A stretch of 64,000 nt of DNA from an uncultured Verrucomicrobiae bacterium. GTDB taxonomy: Bacteria; Verrucomicrobiota; Verrucomicrobiia; Chthoniobacterales; Chthoniobacteraceae. The stretch is taken from the NCBI GenBank assembly GCA_963828525.1, contig CAWHEP010000004.1, forward strand, positions 197,891 through 261,890, written 5' to 3'. The notes beneath the pieces are model-generated. The model was not told the origin of the DNA. It saw nothing but the letters and a program-made list of their open reading frames with translations, and did no database searches. A program made the position numbers and the translations under genes. This document shows positions 22,429 through 33,999 of this stretch, one piece after another (position 1 is the first letter of the stretch; the number at the start of each line of letters is the position of its first letter).

Positions 22429-22748
22429 GGGGGTCAGGCTGCATCTTTGGACAGGCGTCGAAAAATCGATCACACTGGATCGGTATGGCGAGGAGCATTC
22501 GAAGCGCGTTTTCCATGGTAAGCGTCAGTCGGCGCACCGTATTTGCCTGCGTGCTGGCGGGTAGCCAGAGGTTTCCAGCCTAACTCTGATGAGCCAGCGC
22601 GGCCCCAATAAATCCCCTGAACAATGGATGCGGCCCGTTGGGTTTGGATTGGAATACTGGATGAAACTGGCATGCCAGGAACCAGGGATGCCCGGTTAGT
22701 TCGACCAGTTCCGCCAGCGTCTGATCCGGTGAAGTTCCCGATATTACG
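22429..22748 (+). repeat. ~320-bp direct repeat: variant RAYT left end, IS66-like end and pyrG 3' end
   Basis: Near-identical to 27484-27802. Confidence 0.95.
22580..22748 (-). pseudogene. pyrG: Duplicated 3' fragment of pyrG
   Basis: [36 protein letters not shown]...AHQS*. Confidence 0.9.
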
Positions 22749-22758
22749 GAGATCTCCC

Positions 22759-23863
22759 GGGGGTCAGGCTGCATCTGTTGACAGGTTTTGAAGAATCTGT
22801 CGCCTTGGACGGGTATGGCGAGGAGCATTCGAATCGAGTATCCAGGCGCGTTTTATCATGTGATGGCGCGCGGTAACCGGCGGGAAGCCATTTTCGAGTC
22901 CGATGAGGATCGGGGGCTTTTCTTGACGACCGGGGCAGAGGCTTGCGCGAAGACCGGGTGGCGGGCGCATGCCTGGGTGTTGATGGGCAACCACTATCAC
23001 CTTGTAATCTGCGCACCCGAGGCGAATCTTGTCGCCGGGATGACTTGGCTGCAGAACACCTACAGTCGTCGTTTCAATACCGGCACCGTCTATGGGTCGA
23101 TTGTTCGGCGACCGTTACAAGGCGGTGCTGGTGGAGGGCAGCGGGTATTACTACGAGAGCCTTCTGGACTACGTCCATCTCAACCCTATGCGAGCGGGCA
23201 TAATCAAGCCCGGAAAGGAGCAGAGCGTGATGGATTATCCATGGAGCAGCGTGGCTGGAGGGTACGCGCTTGCTCCTGGAAAGCGCGCGAAATGGCTCGC
23301 GGCGAGCGAAGGCCTCGCGAGCCTTGGTTACGCAGACACAGCGGCAGGCCGACGGAAATTCGTTGAGCGTCTGGATCGCCGGGCAGTGGAAGGAAATATG
23401 GAGAGCGCCGGGCTTCCGGTCGAAGCTGCGGAGGTGGATCACCGCGCCAGCAACCTTCGGCGGGGCTGGTATTGGGGCAGTCAGGCATTTGCCGAGAAGA
23501 TGCTCAAGCTGGGAAAGATGGCGCTTAAGAAAAACCGGCGGAGCCAAGAATATGGCAGCAGCAGCGAGGTCAAAGCTCATGGTTTGCAGGAGGCGGAGCG
23601 ATTGCTGGCGCAAGGGACGTGACTTGCCGGGTTGAAGGCGGGCGCGTTGGAAGACTCTCCGGCGGTGAACCCTCAAAAGTTGACATCGCGAGAGTGATTT
23701 GGGAGAAGACATCAGTGAACCTCAACTGGATTGCCGAAAATTTAGCGATGAAAAGCGCAGCCAACGCGAGCCAGCAGATTCGCAGGAGCAGGTATCAGGA
23801 ACCGAGACTGCCAAAAGCCGTTAACAAATGGATAGCGCTGATGAAAAATGCAGCCTGACCCCC
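22759..23863 (+). mobile_element. RAYT/Y1 HUH transposase element bounded by 16-bp perfect inverted repeats
   Basis: GGGGGTCAGGCTGCAT at 22759-22774 and ATGCAGCCTGACCCCC at 23848-23863. Confidence 0.85.
22815..23858 (+). CDS. REP-associated tyrosine transposase-like protein (Y1_Tnp plus C-terminal HTH), two frameshifts
   Basis: [21 protein letters not shown] motif NHYHL, [10 protein letters not shown], catalytic Tyr in [15 protein letters not shown], and a C-terminal HTH ([10 protein letters not shown]). Confidence 0.9.
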
Positions 23864-23867
23864 AAAA

Positions 23868-26198
23868 ATGCAGGGTGGAGGAGCCTCCGGATGCAGCGGC
23901 TGTGGCAGCGGGCTGGGAGGGACAGGCAGTCATCTCAGCACTGTGATCCTGCCGAGTGGAAAAACAGAGCAGATTAACTACGATCTGGCATGGCGCAAGA
24001 CGAGCGACACTGTTGGATACAACACGGCTGCGGCGGCCACGGCGCTGTACGGGTACGATGCGGATGGAAACGCCGTGAAGGTCACTGACCCGCTTGGCAA
24101 CGCCACCACCCTGACCTATGATAAACTCGACCGCAAGTCCAGCAGGAGCGATCCGCTCGGGCACGTGACATCGTGGACCTTTGATGCAGCCGGGAATGTC
24201 CTGACGGCGGTGCGGCCGGATAGCGGAGTCACCTCGTACGCCTACGACCCGATGAATCGTCTCACGCAAACGAGGGATCCCTTAAATCAGATCACCCTGC
24301 GCTCATACGACGCATCCGGTAACCTGATCAGCTTGACCGATCCCAATGGCCATGCAACCACGTTCAGCTACGATTTGAGAAATCGCAAGGCGCAGATGAG
24401 CTACGCGGATGGCACGCGCGAAGGCTGGGGTTATGACGCGGCGGGCAATGCCGTCAGCTACGCGGCACGAGCTGGCCAGGCGAGCACATCCCTTTTTGAC
24501 ACGCGGAACCGGGTCACGGATACCACGTGGAACGACGGAGTAACCCCGGAGGTAACCACCAGCTACGATTCCGTGGGGCGCATCCTAACCCTGAATAACA
24601 GCAATAGCGCGCTTTCATACACCTACGATGACGCGGGCGAACGCCTGAGCGAGACGCAGAACATTACAAACGGCCCCGGGGCGAAGACGGTGGCTTACGC
24701 CTACGATGCGGACGGGAACCGTTCGAGCCTGACTACGCCGGACGGCTCGGCAATTGGTTACGCCTATACCACCCGCAATCAAATGGCGAGCGTGAGGGCA
24801 AGCAACCAGGCCATTGCTACGTATGCCTACGATCTGGTGGGGCGCCGCGCAAGCGCGGTCCTCGCGAACGGAGTTACCTCCACGGCCAGCTATGACGCGG
24901 CGGGCCGGCTTCTCTCGCTGGCGCATCAAGCGGGCGGCGCGACGCTGGCATCGTATTCCTATGCTTACAATGCGGTGAATGACCGCACGAGCGTCACCTA
25001 TGCGTCGGGACTCGGAGATGTGTATTCCTACGACGCTACCGACCAGCTGTTGGGCGCGCAATATGGAGCGTCCAACCCCGCTGGAACTCCCTCCAATGCG
25101 CAGAGCACGGAGGCGTTTACATACGATGCCGCTGGCAATCGCGGAAGCCTGACTCTTAACGGCACATCCACCAGCTATACGCAAACACGGTTAACCAATA
25201 TACCCAGGCTGGCAGCAACTCCTTTGGCTATGACGGTAATGGGAACCTGTCCGTGGGGCTGGCAGGATCCACTCCGTGGACCTATGATGCTCAGAACCGG
25301 CTGGTGAGCGCGGTTACCGCAAACGGAGTGACGATGACGATAGCCTACGATGCTCTAAACCGCCCCGTGATGCGGAGCGAGTCGACTGGCTCCGCTCCCG
25401 CCTTCCTGGTGTATGATGGCTGGAACCTGGTGGATGAATATGCTGGGAACGCGTTTCAGTACAATTACCTCCACGGGGCGCAGCCCGATGAGATGCTTAC
25501 CCGGACGGATAGTGGAGGCAATGCCGTGTACTATCTCCGCGACGGACTGGGAAGCGTGAGGGCATTGACCGATGCGAGCGCGAACGTTCTGGAGCTATAC
25601 AACTATGACGTATACGGTCAACCGACCTTCAGCAACGCGGTCGGCGCGGCGCTCGCCGGATCCGCGAATGGGAACCGATTCCTTTTCACAGGGCGGGAGT
25701 ATTTGTCCGACATCGGCGTTTACGATTACCGCAATCGACGTCTACTCCCCCAATTTCGGCAGGTTCTTGCAGACGGATCCTATTCGACTCAGCCGCGATC
25801 CACTCGGAGAAGCAGGGGGAATCAACCTTTATGGGTATGTGACGAACAACCCTCTCAATCTTACAGATATCTACGGTCTGCAAGGGCTACCTGCTCCTGA
25901 CTCTGTAAACGCAAATCCCAGTATAGCGGCTCAAGCAGCGGCGGATTTCGACGGAACCGTAGCCCCCCAAGCTGCTAGAACCGAAGCGGCCAACTTAAAC
26001 GAGCAGCTTGCTATGCAAGAGGCGCAAGGCGGTGCCGGAGACCCTATTATGGAGGGAAAAATTAATGATCCCAATTATCCAGCGGACCAATATACGAAAA
26101 TGCAGCATGTGCATAAATGTCCATCAGGCGAAAACATCGTAATTCACTATTGGAAGAATCTGATCAACGGAATACTGAGCGCATTTAAGTTTAAGTGA
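23868..26198 (+). CDS. Rhs/YD-repeat polymorphic toxin, N-terminally truncated and frameshifted, with ~105-aa C-terminal toxin domain
   Basis: Many YD repeats; core motifs YYLRDGLGSV, FTGRE and NLYGYVxNNPxNxTDIYGL. Confidence 0.9.
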
Positions 26199-26680
26199 GG
26201 ATGCACAACCTTGAGAGTGCGGTTGCTATGTCAACGCTTGGGATATTGTTGCCAGAGGAATTGCCTGGTATCGCAAGCGCGGCGCTAGCTGAAGGGGTCG
26301 ATAGTAAGTCACTGCGCATCCTTGCAGGATTGACGATTGCGCAGCACTCAGAAGGGAATGAATTGTTTGAGAGGGCACTTAAAGAGTTGAAATATCCTAG
26401 ATTCTCTCGAACGGACGCGCTGCGAATTTATATAAGAGTTATTTCAGGTCGAATTATTGACAAGGAGCTAAGCCCAATCCAAGGCGCGCAAGAAATTTGG
26501 CAGACCGTTATAAAAGCGGATGCGTCCGGATTTCACGAAGGGGATCCATTCATTTACGCTCTTAGTGAACTGCAGGAGAGGCCTCAAGACCGCGCCTTTT
26601 TCTTGAACGAGATTGTTGCTGAGGCGAGACGCTGGATAGAAAGAGGGTGTGCTAACTACAGAACATCGGCCAGCGAGTAG
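26195..26680 (+). CDS. Putative cognate immunity protein
   Basis: Overlaps the toxin stop codon, AT-rich, small helical protein (ALAEGVDSKSLRILAGL). Confidence 0.7.
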   Translation: MRMHNLESAVAMSTLGILLPEELPGIASAALAEGVDSKSLRILAGLTIAQHSEGNELFERALKELKYPRFSRTDALRIYIRVISGRIIDKELSPIQGAQEIWQTVIKADASGFHEGDPFIYALSELQERPQDRAFFLNEIVAEARRWIERGCANYRTSASE

Positions 26681-26761
26681 TGATAGGCAGTCCCCAGAGG
26701 GCCGCGACTCCCCCCCGCTTTCTTTTCATCATCAGTACATAGGAGTTCTTCAAGCAACCCA

Positions 26762-26795
26762 CCCAGCCCCCCGCGCTTGCGCGCGGGGGGCCGGG
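26762..26795. other. Strong GC hairpin downstream of the immunity gene
   Basis: CCCCCCGCGC-TTGC-GCGCGGGGGG, with further CCC/GGG pairing; no clear U-tract. Confidence 0.6.
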
Positions 26796-26975
26796 CGGGA
26801 ACCCTTGAATCTTTCCGCAGCTTTGAGTTGTCAAAGGCCGGCGGTGGAGCGGAGCGCCATCTCCCTAAACTGAAATCATCTGCCGGGTGTCGATGAACCG
26901 GAAGACCGACTTCGAGAGCGTAAGCGCCGTTGCCGTGCCGAAGAACTTTTCAAACTCATAGCGATCCTTTCCTTG

Positions 26976-27483
26976 GTAAGCGTAAGCCGGAGCGCCTCTA
27001 GCCAGCGGTATTGGAGATGTCAGAGGATAGGCCTCTATGACATCTCCGATAGATACAACAGAAGAGCCAACGATTTTAAAATGCGACGGCCTTGGCCGTG
27101 TAAGAATGCCAGTGGATCGCCGCGAGGCGCTGCTGGATGAATTCGAGAAGAGTGGACTGAGCGGCGCGGCGTTCTGCCGGATGACGGGGGTGCAATACGG
27201 CACATTCGCCAACTGGGTGCAGGCCAGGCGCAAGAAGCGGTTGGCGATGGGAGGAGCTGCTCCTGGCGCGGTGTTGTTTGGCCCGGACGAGAGCGACGGG
27301 AGTGTGCGGCTGTTGGAGGCGGTGGTCGAGGGCGGGAGCCGCTTGGGGGCGGATGGAGGCAGGGCGGGGCTGGCAATCGAACTACCAGCGGGCTGCCGGA
27401 CACGGGTGGAGTCACCTGTTCAACTGGCGCTCGCGGCGGAACTGCTGAGGTTGTTGTCCCGAAGTGGACGGGCACATTTCCTT
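26976..27483 (+). mobile_element. IS66-family remnant: left end and tnpA accessory gene (ORF from 27037); tnpB/tnpC absent
   Basis: GTAAGCG terminus; HTH protein RREALLDEFEKSGLSGAAFC...YGTFANW and IELPAG motif; cut off by the RAYT end at 27484. Confidence 0.75.
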
Positions 27484-27572
27484 GGGGGTCAGGCTGCATC
27501 TTTGGACAGGCGTCGAAAAATCGATCACACTGGATCGGTATGGCGAGGAGCATTCGAAGCGCGTTTTCCATG
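27484..27572 (+). repeat. Variant RAYT left end with degenerate MARSIR start
   Basis: GGGGGTCAGGCTGCATCTTTGGACAGG...GGTATGGCGAGGAGCATTCGAA. Confidence 0.9.
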
Positions 27573-27633
27573 GTAAGCGTCAGTCGGCGCACCGTATTTG
27601 CCTGCTGCTGGCGCGTAGCCAGAGGTTTCCAGC

Positions 27634-29238
<1,605 letters not shown>

Positions 29239-29953
29239 TTAAGCTTCAGCTGTTTGGAGACCAGTGGCGATGTCCTCCGGGAGTATCGACTCCTATTGAT
29301 ACGCTGCCCGTGACGAGAACGCGAATCCTCGCCCATTTTCCAAGGCGCGCAATTGCTCCAGATGTTCCGCTTGCTCCAGAAATCCAGGATTCCACTTCAC
29401 GAAGCGCAGGAGGAATTTTCGAGAATATCCGTAAATCCCCTGATGCTTATAGAACAGAGGTTTTGCTGACTCATCCCGAAAGTAGGGGATCGGCCTTCGC
29501 GAAAAGTAAAGCGCGGCGCCGGAGCGATCCATCACCACCTTCACGCAGTTGGGATTTGCGGCATCCTTCTCTCCCGACGCTTTGCTGGCTGCGGTAACCA
29601 TCTCCAATGCAGGGTCGGCGAGCAAAGCGGCTGCCAACCGGTCGATCAAAGGGGGCGCGATGAGAGGCTCGTCCCCCTGTACATTGATAATATGTGAGAA
29701 GGAGGTCAGCGCGGACGCGACTTCCGCCACGCGATCAGTCCCGCTCACATGACCCGGGGCGGTCATTGCAAACCTGCGCTCCGAAGTTGGAGGCTGCCCG
29801 AGCGATCCGTTTATCATCCGTGGCAATGATGATGCGATCTATGGCGCGGGCCTCGCTGCACCGCTCCCACACATGCTGGATGAGCGGTTTGCCCGCGATG
29901 ACATGCAGCGGCTTGCCCGGAAATCGCGTGGAGGCCCATCGCGCGGGGATCAC
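29239..29953 (-). CDS. kdsB: 3-deoxy-manno-octulosonate cytidylyltransferase (indels; start approximate)
   Basis: [44 protein letters not shown]. Confidence 0.92.
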
Positions 29954-29990
29954 CGCCGCGACCTTATCCCGGTTTTCTAATCATCGCGTC

Positions 29991-30542
29991 TCAGCACGAA
30001 GAGGGCTGTTTCTTGATAAAGTCCACAATGAAATCAACCGCTCCCACAATGTCCACCGCCACGTAATCCGGTCTGCATCCCGCGAGATCGACGTCCCGGC
30101 CATATCCGGTTTGAACCAGCACCGTAGAAACTCCGGCATTTTGGCCGCAGTGGACATCCACTGCGCGATCACCAATGAACCACGAGGAACTCAGGTCGAG
30201 CTGGTAATCCTTCGCCGCTTCCAAAAGCATGCCAGGCATCGGCTTCCTCATCATGGATTCTTCATCGGGACGGTGGGGACAAAAGTAGGTAGCGTCGACC
30301 AAATCCGCGCCGATCTTCTCGAGGAGGGCATTCTGCACCTCGTGAAATTGCGCCTGCGTTATCAGGCCCCGCCCGATGCCGCTCTGATTCGTGATGATGA
30401 TATTTTTGAAGCCTCGAGCCTTCAGCCGTTTGAGAGCCTCGGAGGCCCCCGGGATCAGCCTGACTTTCGCCGGATCGCCACAGTAATGGACTTCTTCCAT
30501 CAACGTCCCATCGCGATCAAGAAAGACCGCTGGTCGCGTCAT
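29991..30542 (-). CDS. gmhB: D-glycero-D-manno-heptose 1,7-bisphosphate phosphatase
   Basis: AVFLDRDGT, TNQSGIGRG, CPH, RKPxPGM, IGDR. Confidence 0.9.
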   Translation of the reverse strand: MTRPAVFLDRDGTLMEEVHYCGDPAKVRLIPGASEALKRLKARGFKNIIITNQSGIGRGLITQAQFHEVQNALLEKIGADLVDATYFCPHRPDEESMMRKPMPGMLLEAAKDYQLDLSSSWFIGDRAVDVHCGQNAGVSTVLVQTGYGRDVDLAGCRPDYVAVDIVGAVDFIVDFIKKQPSSC

Positions 30543-31549
30543 TGAGCGAAGCTTGCCAGCAGTTCCCTGGGCGAGATGGTTGCAGTGCCTAGCTTCCCAA
30601 CTACGATCCCGCTGGCATGGTTTGAAATTTCCGCTGCTTCGACTGGAGTGGCGGCCGCGCATAGCGCCAGCGTAAACAAGAGCGATGGCCGTATCCCCGG
30701 CTCCTGAAACATCGAACACTTCCTGGGCTCGCGTCGGAATGTGGAATGGTTCAGCCCCGTGCCTGAAAAGCATCATCCCTTGTTCCCCGAGCGTGATCAG
30801 GAGATTTTCGACCTGCCAGCTCTTCGGAAAGAATCCTGCCCGACCTCCAGAAGATGCTTATCGTCCGTAGCCGGTTCCACCGGATCGCTCAAAACCATGC
30901 CCGGCCGCCGCGAAAGCTTCGGCGCGATTCGGTGTGATCGCGGTCACCGAAGCCCACTTGAGGAGGTTCCTGGGGTTAGGATCGACTGTGACAATCTTGC
31001 CAGCTTCGTTCGCGAGACGAATGATCTGATCGGCGACATCCTGGCAAATCAGACCCTTCCCATAATCCTCGAAAATGATGGCATCGATACTCGGAAGGAT
31101 GTGAGCAACCTGTAAGAGGACGCGATCTATTTGCATCGGATTCAGCCCGATTCGTTTCTCGCGATCCACCCGCACGATCTGTTGATGCTTCGCGATGATA
31201 CGGGTCTTCACGATCGTCTGGTAATTCGAGTCCTGTTGCAGGCAATCCAGTGAAATGCGGTGCTCGGCCAGCAACCGGCGGAGATGTTCGGCATGGGGGT
31301 CTGTTCCCGACGAGACCCATCACATAAACGTGCTCCCGCAAATTCTCGGAGGTTTCTGGCGACGTTCGCTGCGCCCGCCGGGATAGTAGGATTCTCGATC
31401 CACCTCAACCACGGGGACCGGTGCCTCCGGTGAGATGCGCGTAACACGTCCCCAAACGAACTCGTCCAGGATGAGATCTCCGATCACCAAGAACTTGGCG
31501 GTCTTCCCATCCCCTCGACGAGGTGGCAACTGCCCGATTGTGAGGTCAC
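30539..31549 (-). CDS. rfaE1: Heptose-7-phosphate kinase (RfaE domain I, PfkB family), frameshifted
   Basis: [46 protein letters not shown]. Confidence 0.88.
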
Positions 31550-32496
31550 TTTCCGAGCTCCTCCGTCACTGCTGCAAACAGCAATGGCAACATCATTTCG
31601 TGATGCCCCACGAGGTAGAAGCCCTGGCCTCCAAGATGAGTGGGACGCCGCATCACGTTCTCTGTGGAGCGGTATTGGCGCACCATGTCGAAAGTCGCTG
31701 TCGTAAAGTGACTCACGGTATGGCCAAGATTGCGCGCGATGGTGAGAGCCTTTAGAAAAACTTCCGGCATGACCACGGCACTACCGACATTCAATACCAC
31801 ACCACCCTCCAGTTGCGCGACCGCGCCTGCAAAGAGCCGGAAATCACGAAAGCTGGCTTCGCCCAAAATGGCACCATCCGCCGCGGGATGTTGATGGATG
31901 ATGTCCGTCCCTATCGCGATATGAACGGTGACAGGAATGTCCATCTCCAGGCCCGCGAAGCAGGATGCTAAGGTCGCGATTTTTGAATCCGTCCTGCCGG
32001 ATCGCCGTTCCAAGAGCGTGGCCCGCCGCCGCTCCCCCCGTTGCACCCCTCCGCTTCAAGAGCGCCATTCATGAGGCGTGAAGTCTCTTCCACCATCCCA
32101 AAACTTCCATCGTCCAGACCTTTTTGAACATCCTCGCTGGTTTCACCCTGATAAGCGAGTTCGAAGTCGTGGATTGCTCCCGCCCCGTTCAGCGCCACGC
32201 CGGAAATGATTCCCCGCCTTATGAAGTCCACGATCAGCGGGTTAAGCCCGCACTTGATAGGGTGCGCTCCCATCATCAGGAGAACCGGCGACCCGTTCTT
32301 CACCGCCATGCGCAATCGCGGTGACGATGGCCCTCAGATCGTTTGCCGCGAGAAAACAGGGAAGCCCGTCCAGAAATGAACGAACATCCGCGCCGCGGCG
32401 CGATGAGCGCCGCAAACCGTCCGCCGCGACCTTGTTCGCCCTCTTCTCCAGAGGGTAGGTCGAAACGCGGCTGAAATCCAGTGGCTCAATTTTCAT
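31546..32496 (-). CDS. Deoxyhypusine-synthase-like fold hypothetical protein (frameshifted)
   Basis: [48 protein letters not shown]. Confidence 0.7.
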
Positions 32497-32698
32497 GCAC
32501 TGCAAACGATATACAGCCAGCATTTTTTCGGATTGCGAATGAAACGTGAATTTGTGTCAATCCTAATCCCGTGGCAGCTTCAGGCTCTGAAAAGAAATCT
32601 TGCTTGCTGTGTCGTTCCGTCTGTTTGAGTCGTCAAACGCAATGTGGTCTTCATAGACGAAGTGCTGAGCGGATCTCCGGACGATCTTCTGTCCTGCT

Positions 32699-33496
32699 GT
32701 GTCTGTTCACTTCCTGGTCTCCTGCGCGGCGGGCATTTGCGGAGCCACCGCCAGGGAACCCAAAAGGCATATAGACGTGGGTAGCGGCAGGCTTCCCGCG
32801 ACACTGATTGACGATGTCGTCGTGCCGCTCCCTGGGGAAGTATTTTCAGCTTTGGATAAGCTTGGGTCTCCAAACTGGCATGACGTTCTCCGCTCAACCC
32901 GTCCCCAGATGGAGCGCCGTCCGCAAATCGCGCTTATCCTTGGCATCGTTATCGCCGAGGGGTTCATTGCTGTTGAGGCGAAAGATGCCGAGGAGGTGAA
33001 AAAGATCGGGCGGGATGTGCTGACTCTCGCCAATGCCTTAAACGTGCGCAAATCGGTGATCGAGCGCACAAAGAGCATCACAGACGCCGCCGAACAAAAG
33101 GATTGGCCGAAGGTGCGCGAGGAACTCGACAAGGCTTCCCACGACGTCAGCCAGGCGATGAACGAGATGCAATCCGGCAGTCTCTCGCAACTTGTCAGCC
33201 TCGGTGGCTGGCTCCGGGGCACGGAGGCCCTTACCACTGTCGTCAGGAGGAGTTACTCCAGGGAAGGGGCGGAGCTTCTGCATCAACCCGGGCTCCTCGA
33301 GTATTTCCAAAAGCGACTGGACTCCATGGATAAACGAATGCGTGACGATCAACTCGTCGCGATGATCCAGAAGAGGCTTCCCGAAATTCGTCCCTTGATC
33401 GAGAAGCCGGGCAGCGATATCCCCGCCGCGTCTGTCGAGCAGATACGAACAATCACCGAAGAACTTGTGCATGCGGTGAATTCGAAGGAAATGTAA
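32699..33496 (+). CDS. Helical hypothetical protein, probably secreted (signal peptide in the shifted upstream frame)
   Basis: Long ORF with VPLPGEVF and LGGWLRG motifs. Confidence 0.7.
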   Translation: MSVHFLVSCAAGICGATAREPKRHIDVGSGRLPATLIDDVVVPLPGEVFSALDKLGSPNWHDVLRSTRPQMERRPQIALILGIVIAEGFIAVEAKDAEEVKKIGRDVLTLANALNVRKSVIERTKSITDAAEQKDWPKVREELDKASHDVSQAMNEMQSGSLSQLVSLGGWLRGTEALTTVVRRSYSREGAELLHQPGLLEYFQKRLDSMDKRMRDDQLVAMIQKRLPEIRPLIEKPGSDIPAASVEQIRTITEELVHAVNSKEM

Positions 33497-33504
33497 AACC
33501 CGCG

Positions 33505-33939
33505 TTGAAACTAAACACCACCATCATGGTCGCGCTCCTTTGCGTGGCGCTGTTCGGCGGGAAAGCCACTGGGACAGTGGATGACGCGTTCTCCTTCGCG
33601 CTCCAAGCGGCTGAACCCTATGTGAAAGAGGGTTTCACGATCCGGGAGGACTACTGGGGAGGTGACCTGGCGGTCAAAACTCAGAAGGCCATCGTACATC
33701 AGTTATTCAAGGGCAATGACTACTGGTTCTGGATGGGCACTGACGTCGAAAAAGCGGTGATTTCTGTGCATGTTTATGATTCCGATGGCAATCTCGCGGA
33801 GACGGACCATTGGCAGAAGCCCCACTTCGCGGCTGCCCATTTAAAAGCGAAGACGACTGGATCCTACTACCTCATCGTAGAGGTGGAAAAATCGGATCAG
33901 GAGCGAACCCATTGGGCGCTGGCTTATGGTTTTAGGTAA
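33505..33939 (+). CDS. Secreted hypothetical protein (PPC-like beta sandwich)
   Basis: Signal peptide; VYDSDGN and TGSYYLIVEV pattern. Confidence 0.7.
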   Translation: MKLNTTIMVALLCVALFGGKATGTVDDAFSFALQAAEPYVKEGFTIREDYWGGDLAVKTQKAIVHQLFKGNDYWFWMGTDVEKAVISVHVYDSDGNLAETDHWQKPHFAAAHLKAKTTGSYYLIVEVEKSDQERTHWALAYGFR

Positions 33940-33999
33940 GACCCTTCCGGGTCGTGGCGGTTTGACACCGTTGGCCACACTGTTAGGTTCTGACAGCGA

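Noticed and set aside
22580..22748. pyrG duplicate considered as a DGR template/variable repeat pair
   Set aside because: No reverse transcriptase in the window, only four mostly synonymous differences, and the target is a housekeeping enzyme.
22322..22846. Repeats considered as a CRISPR array
   Set aside because: Spacing is irregular (97 and 330 bp), the repeats include transposase start codons, and there are no cas genes.
22258..23016. Minus-strand MQPDP-containing ORFs (also 27035-27727)
   Set aside because: They are translations of the inverted repeat and antisense transposase, not supported genes.
26865..26975. Minus-strand fragment YQGKDRYEFEKFFG… cut by the IS66 end
   Set aside because: Possibly a gene remnant, but too short to assign.
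29694..30545. Long antisense ORFs (here and at 18668-19483, 48145-48792)
   Set aside because: Shadow frames of well-supported genes in GC-rich DNA.
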